Assembly: GCA_964362125.1 (NCBI GenBank)
Contig: CAYICS010000002.1
Coordinates: 9,302-73,301, forward strand
Length of the DNA stretch: 64,000 nt
Reading direction: 5' to 3'
Origin: an uncultured Candidatus Saccharibacteria bacterium
Lineage (GTDB): Bacteria > Patescibacteriota > Minisyncoccia > UBA6257 > UBA11618
Part shown: one piece after another, positions 50,758 through 60,498 of the stretch
Layout: each line of letters begins with the position of its first letter
Numbering within the stretch: position 1 is the stretch's first letter
Program-made: the position numbers and the translations under genes
The notes under the pieces: model-generated
Databases searched by the model: none
Seen by the model: the letters and a program-made list of their open reading frames with translations, nothing else
Told to the model about the DNA's origin: nothing

Positions 50758-51906
50758 GTGTCCAGCAAGCTGTTCGTGTTTGTGGTGGGAGATATCGGCG
50801 GCGCCAAAATGATACTGCCGGTGATTCCCCTGTTCAAGAAAGCAGGAGTGGATGTGGAGGTGATGGCCGACAGTGAAGGCGAGGGCTATAAAGTTCTCAA
50901 TGAGGCCGGCGTCAAGACTTACAACATCACTGAAGCTGATGTTGGCGGGACAAGAGGGGTGCCGTTGGAAGAGGCGAATCTTCTTTTCATCGGCACCTGC
51001 GGCACAGCCAATAAGTTAGAGAGAGGAGCAGCTGCTCAGTATTTCAGTCAGAAGCCAATAGTGTTAGGGGCTGATGGCTTCTTCAATCACAACCGGTTGG
51101 ATTGGCGCGAGGCCAAAGCTGATTACTGGTTTGCCATTACTGAAGAACACACCATTGATATCCGGAGGCGCCGGCCCAATCTGGCGCCGGATAAAGTACT
51201 GGTCGTCGGCAATCCGGCTTTTGATAATTTGCCGACGCTCTACAAGCGCAAAGGCGAGGTGCGACAGCAAAGACGGCAGGAACTGGGGCTGACTGATAAC
51301 CAAATCCTGGCTATCTGGTGGTCGCAAGGCACAGAGTGCGTCTTGAGAGAAGATGTCGCCTATACCTTTGAATCAATTCAATGTCTCTCTTGTCTTGGCC
51401 GACCAGTGATGTTTGCGGCAATGGTTCATCCCAAAGTGGAGAGAATTAGGGCTGGCTACATCGCCGAGATCTATAAGCAAATAGAGACGACGGCGATTCA
51501 GTGCCGCGTTGATGTTCTTCCAGAGAGCGCCGTTAAAGGCAAAATGCCTTTTGAGGAGTTTTGTCTGGCGGCTGATGTCATCTTTGACATCACCAGCACT
51601 GAGGGCATCAAAAGCAATATTCTTGGCGGCCCGCCGCTGATTCACTTCGCTGGCGTTGAAACCAGACGCTGGTTTGAGCAAGATCTGGGATTGGAACCGC
51701 CAGACTATCTGCCAGACGTGCGCACTGGCCAATCGTTTACTGCCAATGATTTTATACAGCTGGCTGAAACGATTAGAGCGGCCGTTAGAGGTAATTCTCC
51801 TCTGCCTCGGGAAGAATATCTAAAACAATGCAGTTGGCAGCCGCCAACCATCCACAATGCCGCCGAAAGAATCGCCGAGGCGCTGTTGGAGATAGGCGGT
51901 GTGTAA
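50758..51906 (+). CDS. UDP-GlcNAc 2-epimerase-like (NeuC/WecB-fold) protein with a GTG start
   Basis: N-terminus LFVFVVGDIGGAKMILPVI resembles the Epimerase_2 N-terminus, and VVGNPAFDNL follows. A GGAGGTGG RBS lies upstream. The gene is GC-richer than its neighbours. Confidence 0.4.
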   Translation: MSSKLFVFVVGDIGGAKMILPVIPLFKKAGVDVEVMADSEGEGYKVLNEAGVKTYNITEADVGGTRGVPLEEANLLFIGTCGTANKLERGAAAQYFSQKPIVLGADGFFNHNRLDWREAKADYWFAITEEHTIDIRRRRPNLAPDKVLVVGNPAFDNLPTLYKRKGEVRQQRRQELGLTDNQILAIWWSQGTECVLREDVAYTFESIQCLSCLGRPVMFAAMVHPKVERIRAGYIAEIYKQIETTAIQCRVDVLPESAVKGKMPFEEFCLAADVIFDITSTEGIKSNILGGPPLIHFAGVETRRWFEQDLGLEPPDYLPDVRTGQSFTANDFIQLAETIRAAVRGNSPLPREEYLKQCSWQPPTIHNAAERIAEALLEIGGV

Positions 51907-51941
51907 GCCACAGTTTTAAGCTATAAGGCATAAGCGGGCGG

Positions 51942-52934
51942 TTGGGGAGGGAGCTTCCCAACCGCCTATTTTTGTTGTATAATTTTGTAACCATGAAAAT
52001 TCTTCACTGGAAAATCAACCCGGTTTTACAAAAAACAACAGAAGCTGACTATCGAAATCAACTGGCGGCAAAACTACAAGACCACGACGCCCTGACAATT
52101 CTTCGAGATCTAAGTTTAGACGGAGTGGCGCCGAATATAACTTTTCAGGATTTGGAAAATCTGATTAAGTTTACTGAAAAAAAATTCCTGGAGAGAAAAT
52201 TATCCGGAGTGGGCTTGGAATTGGGTTCGGGGCCGGCGCCTTTTAGTGCTGTTTTAGCCAAACGACCCGAGATACAAAAGATGTATGCGGTCGAGCTTTG
52301 CCGGCCGATTGTGGAGATTCTTCTGCCGAAAATGGCTGAGGCGGCGGCCGGCCCGGCGGCTGGCAAAATTGTTGGCTGTGTCGGAGAATTTGATAATTTG
52401 GAACTGCCGGATAATTATCTTGATTTTATGATTGATTTTTTTTCTTTGCATCACTCCCCTGACCCGATTAAAACTTTGAAAGAATGCCGGCGCGTCTTAA
52501 AATCAGGCGGGGTTATTATTTGTTTTGACAAAGCCCGGCCCGATGACCTGACAACCGCTGATCTTGATCGTCTGCTGGATAAAGAATACGAAGATGATTT
52601 TAAAAAGCGAATGGGCATTCCCTTAACCCAAAAACTCACCCGCCGCCAGAACGGCGAACACGAATACCGTTTGAAGGATTGGCAAAATTATTTTAATCAG
52701 TCTGGTTTCTCCGAATTTTATCATTTTCGCCTTGACCAGTGCCGCAGTGGACTTTTTCCAATAAAGATGATAAAATATATACTGTCAATTTTACCCGTAA
52801 AAATGGAGACAATGATCACCCAATTTTTACCTCAATCACTAGATCAATATCAGCTGGCTTGGGATAATCGCCTTTTCACGCCGATCATTAACAATTTCCG
52901 CAAGGAGATGTCATTGATGATTGCTTCCCAGTAA
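51942..52934 (+). CDS. Class I SAM-dependent methyltransferase. The start may be the ATG at 51993.
   Basis: Motif I reads GLELGSGPAPFS, followed by VIICFDKARPDD. Confidence 0.55.
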   Translation: MGRELPNRLFLLYNFVTMKILHWKINPVLQKTTEADYRNQLAAKLQDHDALTILRDLSLDGVAPNITFQDLENLIKFTEKKFLERKLSGVGLELGSGPAPFSAVLAKRPEIQKMYAVELCRPIVEILLPKMAEAAAGPAAGKIVGCVGEFDNLELPDNYLDFMIDFFSLHHSPDPIKTLKECRRVLKSGGVIICFDKARPDDLTTADLDRLLDKEYEDDFKKRMGIPLTQKLTRRQNGEHEYRLKDWQNYFNQSGFSEFYHFRLDQCRSGLFPIKMIKYILSILPVKMETMITQFLPQSLDQYQLAWDNRLFTPIINNFRKEMSLMIASQ

Positions 52935-54215
52935 ACGGCTTTTCTCAATTTCCCAAATAAAAATATTAATAATAATATTAATAATCCGGCTTATTATGTA
53001 AGCGGTCACCATGCCAGCGATGCCCATAGTCAGACCTAAAGTTATATAAAGGATCAGTCTTACGATAGTTCCAAGAATGGTGGATGTATAAATTCCTCTA
53101 ATAAGTTTTTGTGAGAAAAAGACCGCCCCGATAAAGCCGGCGCTCAAACCCAAAGCCATATCAATGGCCAGCATCCGGGAATAGATAACCGCATCGGGAT
53201 ATTTGGGAAAGATTATTTGAAAAAGAGTAGAAGCAATCAGGGCGTAGACTATGCCAACCGCCGCTCCGATTATAAATGTCTGAAATAATCTTCTATAAAA
53301 TATCCTGCTTACTTCCGCTGAATTTTTTTCTGAAAGTTTAGGAAGAAAAGTGCCTGACAGCGACTTTAAAAAAGTATAGATGTTGTTAGGGAATGTTTGG
53401 GCAATGGCGTACAAGGCCAAGGTTTCCGGCCCCTTCATTCCGAAAAGAATAATACTGTCTAATTGTCTGGCGATAACATTAAAAATTTCTACAATAGTGA
53501 GGTGCCGGGCATAATTTTTAAATCCTTCATCGCTGACGGAGGTTAAAGGTTTTGATTGGTATTTTTTCTTTGTTGCCAGATAGAAAAGAAAACTTTGGAT
53601 TGCTTCCACAAAAGCAAATACCGCTATCAAAAAAATAACATTGTTGAAAATTAGTAAAGCAGCCACCGTTAAAATGGCGGTAGTCAATTCCTCCACCGAG
53701 ACATAGATAGCCGATTGTTTAAAATCCTTCTTGCCGGCAAGATAAGAACGATAGAGCCGAAAGGCGGTTATTAAAGGAGTGAATATGCCTAAAATTAATA
53801 AGGAGATGCCGATAACTAGCGAGTCCTTCATCAAGTAGTAAGAAGCAACGATAAAACAAGCCAAAACGTAGATAAACCCCCATCTTATTTGGTAAGCAAC
53901 TCCTTTATCAAGAGCGTTGTTATCGCTTTTAGCCACCGCTTGCACAATGGCTGTGCCTAAACCGCGAATGGTAAAAATCATCAATGTCCCGATTAATGAG
54001 AAAATAAATTTATAGGTGCCGTAGTCAGCCTTATCAAAAATGTTGGCCAGAGCAATTCCGGAAATAAGAGAGGCGGCCATCGCCGAAACATTTTCCAGCC
54101 CTATCCAGAAGCCGCCTTTAACAAAATAACGAACATCTGTCCGCGTCTTTTTTTCCAAAAATAAAAGTGTCTTTTTTAACATTGACGGGTTTTTATTATT
54201 GTGTAATAATAACAC
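52911..54215 (-). CDS. Wzx-like polysaccharide flippase (MOP superfamily, Polysacc_synt)
   Basis: 434 aa with about 12 TM helices. The N-terminus VKGGFWIGLENVSAMAASLISGIALANIF is typical of Wzx. Confidence 0.65.
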   Translation of the reverse strand: MLLLHNNKNPSMLKKTLLFLEKKTRTDVRYFVKGGFWIGLENVSAMAASLISGIALANIFDKADYGTYKFIFSLIGTLMIFTIRGLGTAIVQAVAKSDNNALDKGVAYQIRWGFIYVLACFIVASYYLMKDSLVIGISLLILGIFTPLITAFRLYRSYLAGKKDFKQSAIYVSVEELTTAILTVAALLIFNNVIFLIAVFAFVEAIQSFLFYLATKKKYQSKPLTSVSDEGFKNYARHLTIVEIFNVIARQLDSIILFGMKGPETLALYAIAQTFPNNIYTFLKSLSGTFLPKLSEKNSAEVSRIFYRRLFQTFIIGAAVGIVYALIASTLFQIIFPKYPDAVIYSRMLAIDMALGLSAGFIGAVFFSQKLIRGIYTSTILGTIVRLILYITLGLTMGIAGMVTAYIISRIINIIINIFIWEIEKSRLLGSNHQ

Positions 54216-54235
54216 ATTAATAAACTACTGCCAAT

Positions 54236-55273
54236 ATGAGGAAAATAAATGAAAGATGTTTTAAAGTTAGGGCATTTTTGAGGAAACTAAAACTAAGAAC
54301 GATTACTCTTGATGAAAGCATCCCTCTAAATCATCAGGAAGACTGTCCTGCCTGCGGCTCCCGGCTTATTTTACTCTGTTCGCTTTTTAACTCTGATAAT
54401 TCTCTGAAATTAAGGATTGGCTTTTGTGATGGCTGCGGTTACAGCGGCTATCAAGACCGGCCCGCCGAACAATGGCTGGAAAAATTTTATGCCTCAAAAT
54501 GGGATAGGGCCCGCCAGCCATTTTTAAATCTGTCCCAAAGCCATTTTCGGGCTTTGGAGTTAATAGAAAAACTGGCCGTTAATAAAAATCGGGGCGTTTT
54601 GGAAATTGGCTGCGGCTACGGCGCCGCTCTTGATTATTTTAAGAAACAAAATTTTAGCAGAGTGGTCGGCTTTGAGCCGTCGCTCCATCGGGCCGAAGCG
54701 GCCATCGAACACTTTGGCGCCGTTATTATTAATGACTTAAACCAAGCCAGCCGGCCCTTTGGTTTAATTTTTAGTCATCATGTTATTGAACATGTTTATA
54801 ATCCTAATCAATTTATCAAAACAGCCGCTTCGCTTCAGGAAGATGGCGACTTTTTAATTTTATCCCTGCCCAATGTCGTTGGCGAACATAGCGGTTATAA
54901 CATCTTTTACCTCCCCCATCTCCATGCTTTTTCTAAACAAGCTGTGGAAGCTCTTTTAAATAAAAACGGCTATGAGATTTTAATTGATCATTCGCCCAGC
55001 GATCTTAATACTATTATCGGGGCGGTTAAAAGAAAAAATCCAAAAAGTATTTTCCGGAAAGACACTGAATACCAAAAATTTTATATTGAGAAATTTCAGA
55101 AAGAGCTGGCTTTAAACCGGTTAATCGGGGGCTTTTATTTATGGCGTTGGGATCCGCGGGACAAAAAGGGCGGCGGCGCCTATATTTTTATAGTAAAATC
55201 GCTTAAAAGAAGATTTTCTGATTCTCCTTTTGAAATTCAATTCACCGGGGAAATTAAATTGCTGGTAAAATAA
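54236..55273 (+). CDS. Zn-ribbon plus class I SAM-dependent methyltransferase
   Basis: Two Cys pairs form the ribbon: CPACGS and CDGCGY. Motif I reads VLEIGCGYGAA. Confidence 0.6.
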   Translation: MRKINERCFKVRAFLRKLKLRTITLDESIPLNHQEDCPACGSRLILLCSLFNSDNSLKLRIGFCDGCGYSGYQDRPAEQWLEKFYASKWDRARQPFLNLSQSHFRALELIEKLAVNKNRGVLEIGCGYGAALDYFKKQNFSRVVGFEPSLHRAEAAIEHFGAVIINDLNQASRPFGLIFSHHVIEHVYNPNQFIKTAASLQEDGDFLILSLPNVVGEHSGYNIFYLPHLHAFSKQAVEALLNKNGYEILIDHSPSDLNTIIGAVKRKNPKSIFRKDTEYQKFYIEKFQKELALNRLIGGFYLWRWDPRDKKGGGAYIFIVKSLKRRFSDSPFEIQFTGEIKLLVK

Positions 55274-55277
55274 AAAG

Positions 55278-56837
55278 ATGCTGGAGTTTTTTGATGAAAA
55301 AGCTATTGGAGAATTAAAAAATAAAAAGCAGACGGCGCCGTCAGGTTTTCATTATGGTTTTACTGAAAATATTTTTAAAGAAGATGTTTATCAGAAATTA
55401 ACTAACACTTTTCCTGATATCAAGAGCTTTAAGCTGGTTGATAAAATGTCCGGCGGCGGCCACAAACGTTTTTATGTCGGGCCGGATTACTATAGCGGCA
55501 AGGACTGGGGCTGTATTTGTCATATGAAAAACCTGCCGGAAATCTGGCAGAAAGTTCTTTTAGAATCAGCCGCGCCGGAATTTATTGAAATGTTGAGTAC
55601 AGCCACCGGCATAAAATTTAATTCTCTTTGCAACTTTGGTTTTGCCTATGGCAATGAGGGTTGTGTTCAGGAGCCGCATATTGATGGCGCCGCCCGGCCG
55701 GATGACCCATCGCCAGTCCATTCAACCATCGCCTGCCTGCTTTATCTAAACCAAAAGCCCGACGGTTTTACCGGCACTTGTATCTATGCTCCAGACCGGA
55801 AAACAATTATCTTCCAAGTGCCCAATCTGCGTAACTCTATGTCATTTTTTAAACAACACCCTTCTGCCTGGCATGGTTTTCCTCAAGTGCCAAAAGGCGA
55901 AAGTCGACGAATAATCAGTTTATCTTACAGTCAGGAAGCCGCCCCAATTGCCTTAAAAACATTTAAAGAACATAATCCTTTGCCTTATCTTGGTGACCGC
56001 CGGATACTTCAATGCGGCAGCTGCGGCATTGTTTTTTTATCACCCGAAATATCTATGAAAGATTCGGAGAGTTATTACCGTGAAGGCGATTATTGGCGGG
56101 ATAAATTAAACGATCCTCTGCAAAGAGAAATGTTGAGTCGTAACGCCCGGGCGATGCTTTCTTTAATTACCTTACATAAAAAACCTGATAAATCTGTTAA
56201 GTTACTGGACATCGGCTCTCACGAAGGAACTTTTGTGGAAGAAGCCCTTAAATTTGGTTATCAAGCCCAAGGCATTGAGCCTAATAAGAGAATCGCCGCC
56301 GAGGCCCGGGCCAGAGGCCTGCCCATTACTGAAGGCGCTATTGAAAGTTTAGCCGGTGAAGAAAAATTTGATATTATCACCCTCTTTCACGTTCTGGAAC
56401 ATCTGCCCGATCCCCAATTGGCTCTTGAAAAAATAAAAAATCACTTGAAGACAGACGGGATTTTAGCGCTGGAGATTCCCAATATCGAAAGTTATTTGGC
56501 TAAGCGCCACGGACTTTCCTGGAAATTTATTGCTCTGGAACATCTTTGGTATTTTTCGCCGCTGACCTTAAAGCATCTTTTAAAAGAAGCGGGATTTGAA
56601 ATAACTTTTTCCTTAAAAAGAAACGGTGAAATTCCTTACTTGAGCTTGGGGGATATCCGGCAGTATTTCCGGCCTAATCCCAATTATTATAAAGACCGCT
56701 TTAAGATGAAAGTTTCTGCTCCGGCCGCCGGGCTGTTAAAAATAAGATTTAAATTATTAAAAAGATTTTTAGCTGCTATTATTTATATCTTAGGCCGGGC
56801 TGATCATTTTTTTGTAATCGCTAAAAAAATATTGTGA
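55278..56837 (+). CDS. Fusion of a 2OG-Fe(II)-oxygenase-like domain (N-terminal) and a Zn-ribbon class I SAM methyltransferase (C-terminal)
   Basis: The N-terminal ~230 aa read EPHIDGA (HxD) and SAWHGF (distal His). The C-terminal part reads CGSCG, LLDIGSHEGTF and LFHVLEHLPDP. Confidence 0.55.
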   Translation: MLEFFDEKAIGELKNKKQTAPSGFHYGFTENIFKEDVYQKLTNTFPDIKSFKLVDKMSGGGHKRFYVGPDYYSGKDWGCICHMKNLPEIWQKVLLESAAPEFIEMLSTATGIKFNSLCNFGFAYGNEGCVQEPHIDGAARPDDPSPVHSTIACLLYLNQKPDGFTGTCIYAPDRKTIIFQVPNLRNSMSFFKQHPSAWHGFPQVPKGESRRIISLSYSQEAAPIALKTFKEHNPLPYLGDRRILQCGSCGIVFLSPEISMKDSESYYREGDYWRDKLNDPLQREMLSRNARAMLSLITLHKKPDKSVKLLDIGSHEGTFVEEALKFGYQAQGIEPNKRIAAEARARGLPITEGAIESLAGEEKFDIITLFHVLEHLPDPQLALEKIKNHLKTDGILALEIPNIESYLAKRHGLSWKFIALEHLWYFSPLTLKHLLKEAGFEITFSLKRNGEIPYLSLGDIRQYFRPNPNYYKDRFKMKVSAPAAGLLKIRFKLLKRFLAAIIYILGRADHFFVIAKKIL

Positions 56838-56877
56838 TTATACTCAAAAGTTGCACGTGCAACTTTTGAGTATAATC
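56836..56877. terminator. Perfect 42-bp palindrome between convergent genes, a bidirectional terminator
   Basis: gattatactcaaaagttgcac | gtgcaacttttgagtataatc. The arms are 21 nt and match perfectly. Confidence 0.6.
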
Positions 56878-56892
56878 GAAAAATACTAAATT

Positions 56893-58146
56893 TTAATTTT
56901 TCTCAACTACAGCAATAGAACCGTAGCCGAAATTTCTAATAATTGGTTTGGCTTTGAATTGATCCAGCCATTTAATCAGCGTCAGGAACCGATTAAAGTA
57001 GGGCAGGCAAAGCGACGAGGCCTCAAAATGAATAATCTTAAAGCCGGCCTGTCTCAGTTGACTGCGCATTACCCAGGGATAACGCCAAAGATGAGGCAAA
57101 ACCGGGTTGCCGCTGTAGGCCTCGTCAACCCCGGCGCCCCCCAAATTCAGAATAATCCTCACCAAACCGACGAACCAGGCAAAAAGCGACCAGCGGGAAA
57201 CAGCCCAAAAATTATCTCCGCCCAAAATCACGGCGGCGCAAGGATTAAAGCAGGTAGGCATAGCAATGATGGCCCTTTTTCTGGTTACGCGGTGAATTTC
57301 TTTTAATCCTTTCCTGAAATCAGGCAGGTGTTCCAAAACATGCGAACTAACCACCAGATCAAAAGAATTATCCGGGAAAGGCAGGTTCTCGGCGTCAGCT
57401 GTCAGAAATTCTATTTTTCCAGCCAATCCTTCTTTCTCCGCGTATTCCCGGGCGCGCGCGATATTAGGCGCAGAGATGTCGCAGGTGGTTAATTTTATTC
57501 CCTTGCCAGCCAACATTATAGCCAGAGCGCCGTCACCACAACCATTATCCAACACTGTTTCTTCCGGGTTAATGAAAAAAATTATTGATTCAAACTCTGT
57601 TTGATGGGCATAGTGGCGAAGCGGAAATTTTTGAGAAAGCCGGCCTTCTTTTACCGATTCTTCTTTAGTTTGATAAATAATTTTAATTTTTTCTGAAGCC
57701 ACAACTAATTCTTCTTTTTTAAAAACCGCCAGCATCAAAAAAAAGAAGGTGGCCAAAATCAAAAGATAAGAAAGGGCCTGTGATAAACCAGCGCCGTTTA
57801 ACAAAGAAATTATACCTAAAGTCGGCTGATACCAGATGGTGACAAAGATAATCAATAAACTGCCGGCGCCGACAAAAAATAATTGTCTAAAGCGTGAGAA
57901 AAAAACATTCTCAATGCGGCTGACGGTCTTTTTTAATCCTCTATATTTAATCTGGTAATAAACTTCAATAAGAATGATGGCCAAAAGATAATAAATAATA
58001 CTCCGGCCGGGGAGGCCGGCTTGGCTTAAAGATCGTTCGCTTAGCCAGTCAATAATCAGGATGGTAACAATTAAACCGACGTTCCACTTAAAACTGGCGT
58101 TATTTATTTCCAAAAGCAGCCGCTCCATTTTATTGGTAAACAGCAA
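56893..58146 (-). CDS. Membrane-anchored SAM methyltransferase, with N-terminal TM helices and a C-terminal Methyltransf_11 domain
   Basis: Four to five TM helices precede VLDNGCGDGALA and LVVSSHVLEHLPD. Confidence 0.6.
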   Translation of the reverse strand: MLFTNKMERLLLEINNASFKWNVGLIVTILIIDWLSERSLSQAGLPGRSIIYYLLAIILIEVYYQIKYRGLKKTVSRIENVFFSRFRQLFFVGAGSLLIIFVTIWYQPTLGIISLLNGAGLSQALSYLLILATFFFLMLAVFKKEELVVASEKIKIIYQTKEESVKEGRLSQKFPLRHYAHQTEFESIIFFINPEETVLDNGCGDGALAIMLAGKGIKLTTCDISAPNIARAREYAEKEGLAGKIEFLTADAENLPFPDNSFDLVVSSHVLEHLPDFRKGLKEIHRVTRKRAIIAMPTCFNPCAAVILGGDNFWAVSRWSLFAWFVGLVRIILNLGGAGVDEAYSGNPVLPHLWRYPWVMRSQLRQAGFKIIHFEASSLCLPYFNRFLTLIKWLDQFKAKPIIRNFGYGSIAVVEKN

Positions 58147-59917
58147 AACTGCCCAATTCTTTTCTCACCGAAAATTTATCGTATAACACTTCTTTTTCCA
58201 CTAAAGATCCTTCGGCTATTTCCCCCACTATCGCCAGCTCCGACTGAAGATTGAAGAAATCATAACTTTTAGGCAGGAGAGGTTCCTGTAAAACGCAGGA
58301 ACGTCGGCTGCATTCTTTATAATTAAGCAAAACTGTCCGGGGAGAAAAAATCCACTGCAGATAAGGTAAATCAAATGGCGCCGAAAAATTCAGCACGGGG
58401 TTATCTCTGTTTTTCGGTAAACTTTTATTGAAGGCGAGCAGGTTTTCTAAATTTTTCCTTTTCTCCAAGTTAATTACACCTTCATCCCGGCCTTTAATCA
58501 TATCAAGGAAAATAAATGATTGCTGGCGGTGGGCCTCAGTTAAAAAGACCGGCGTTAGAATAATCATAACAATAAAGATTATAGCTATTCCCAGTTCTTC
58601 GGAAATAAATTTTTTTATTAATAAAAATACGGCGGAGATGGAAAAAAGAGCCAAAATCGCTATCGCCGGATACATAATCAGGAAATAACGAAAGGGCTGC
58701 CAGCTGGCGTAGAAAGCGTGATAAGCAATAATTGACGATGTCAGATAAAGCCATGGCATTAACAAAGCAAAGGCCAGCGGCAATGCTGCTGGAGATAATT
58801 TTTTATAAAAAACTGATCCCAAAACCGCCAGAAAACTGCCGACAATACCTGACCAAATAATCATATTTTGTTTAAACCCGATATACGGCTGGCTCCAAAG
58901 ATTCCAGTTTTTTGAATAATCCTCATAATAACTGATGAGATTGGGATTGTAGAATTCCAAAAAATTAAATAGGTAAAGAACATACAAAATTGCCACTATT
59001 ACCGCCGGCAGAAAAGAAACTTTTTCGAAATTATGCCAAGACTCCTTCTTTCTTGTAATCAGGGCAATCGCTTCTTTAAAAATTTTACTGCTGCCGACGA
59101 TTAAAACAAACATTGTTAAAGTCGCCAGATGAACTAAATAAAAAATAATCAGATAAAGAGCGGTGAAGGCCGGCGTGGTTTTCTCATTGAGAAAAATAAA
59201 TCCCGCCATAAAAAGAAATAATCCTAAATTCTGCGGCACGACAGCAGTGGAAAGCAGATAATAGTTAAACCAATGAAGCGAAAAAACAGCCACCGGCGCC
59301 AAAATAGCCAATGATCTAACCGGCAGAATAATCAGCGCCAGCCGGCCAATAGTCAAGGATAAAATAAAATAATTGAAGAAAATCCAAAAAAGAATAAAAT
59401 TCTGATAGGCGTCCAGATTCTTAGGAAGAAGATTAGTATAGTGGGAAATGATTAGAAAAAAAGATCCCCGATCAATACTGGCGGTTGTCAGGAAATGAAG
59501 CGCCAGCCGGGAATCGTGCGCCGACCTTTCTCCGTAAGCTAGCCAATAATACTGGTCGGTGGCCGGATTAAAATAATCAATACCTAATTGGCGCAGATGA
59601 TTGTTGATGAAAAAAAGCAGAATGATTGAAATGAAAATAATAGCCCAGTCGTAAACAGAAAACTTAATCTTAACCAAGTTTATTTTACTCCTTAAAAGAA
59701 AAATAACGACGGCTAAAGAAAAAATCAGGCCGGGCAGAATTGAGTCGCCGATAAACGGCAATAAAAAAGCGGAAATAATAGCGAAAGCAATTCCGAAAAT
59801 AACCGAATGAATCAGAAAAAAAAGCAGATCAATTTCTTCTTTTTTAATAAAAACCAAAGATAAAAGGAGGCCGGGGATAACAAGGGTTGATAGAAACGGT
59901 AAAATAATAGCCGCCAT
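58130..59917 (-). CDS. Large polytopic membrane protein, putatively a glycan polymerase or GT-C-like protein
   Basis: 595 aa with more than 12 TM helices and a C-terminal soluble domain of about 100 aa. Confidence 0.5.
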   Translation of the reverse strand: MAAIILPFLSTLVIPGLLLSLVFIKKEEIDLLFFLIHSVIFGIAFAIISAFLLPFIGDSILPGLIFSLAVVIFLLRSKINLVKIKFSVYDWAIIFISIILLFFINNHLRQLGIDYFNPATDQYYWLAYGERSAHDSRLALHFLTTASIDRGSFFLIISHYTNLLPKNLDAYQNFILFWIFFNYFILSLTIGRLALIILPVRSLAILAPVAVFSLHWFNYYLLSTAVVPQNLGLFLFMAGFIFLNEKTTPAFTALYLIIFYLVHLATLTMFVLIVGSSKIFKEAIALITRKKESWHNFEKVSFLPAVIVAILYVLYLFNFLEFYNPNLISYYEDYSKNWNLWSQPYIGFKQNMIIWSGIVGSFLAVLGSVFYKKLSPAALPLAFALLMPWLYLTSSIIAYHAFYASWQPFRYFLIMYPAIAILALFSISAVFLLIKKFISEELGIAIIFIVMIILTPVFLTEAHRQQSFIFLDMIKGRDEGVINLEKRKNLENLLAFNKSLPKNRDNPVLNFSAPFDLPYLQWIFSPRTVLLNYKECSRRSCVLQEPLLPKSYDFFNLQSELAIVGEIAEGSLVEKEVLYDKFSVRKELGSFAVYQ

Positions 59918-59919
59918 TA

Positions 59920-60498
59920 TTAAATAGGCCGGGCAACAATCTCTAATTCATGGACGCCAATCCAATCCTTTTCTGATTCAGCCCTCAAGCGCAGGCCCCG
60001 GGCAGGAAAAATTTTATTAATGATGGTTTCCGGAGTTGCGGGAAACCCGCCGCCAGCCACTTCTTTCCAAACAACTCCATCAGTGGTCGATTCCAAAATC
60101 CATTTCTTAATGTAATAATCGTTTTGTCCGTAATCACCCCAAGTAATAATCACCTGCTTCACCTCCTGATCAGCGGTAAAATTAATAATGTAATCTATTT
60201 TATTAGAAGCCGGGCTAGCTGCAGTATTTTTAATACCATCCATCAACTTATCAGCTCCCCGACCCTGATCTAAACTGTGCTCTTTCGACTCGGTAATATT
60301 ACTGGTGACAAAAATATCGGCGCTGGTTAATCTTTTATAAACGGACTGGCCGGCTGACAGATTGCGGCCGCAAATAAGAGAACTTATGGATAATCGGGCT
60401 GATTGCTGGATATTAAAACAAATTCTTACTGTCGCCAGCGACAAAACATAAGATATAACCACTGCCGTCAAAATGACGTAATAATAATTCTTTTTCAT
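59920..60498 (-). CDS. Membrane-anchored discoidin (F5/8 type C)-like carbohydrate-binding protein
   Basis: There is an N-terminal TM helix. The C-terminus reads WILESTTDGVVWKEV...ARGLRLRAESEKDWIGVHELEI, a discoidin-like pattern. Confidence 0.45.
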   Translation of the reverse strand: MKKNYYYVILTAVVISYVLSLATVRICFNIQQSARLSISSLICGRNLSAGQSVYKRLTSADIFVTSNITESKEHSLDQGRGADKLMDGIKNTAASPASNKIDYIINFTADQEVKQVIITWGDYGQNDYYIKKWILESTTDGVVWKEVAGGGFPATPETIINKIFPARGLRLRAESEKDWIGVHELEIVARPI

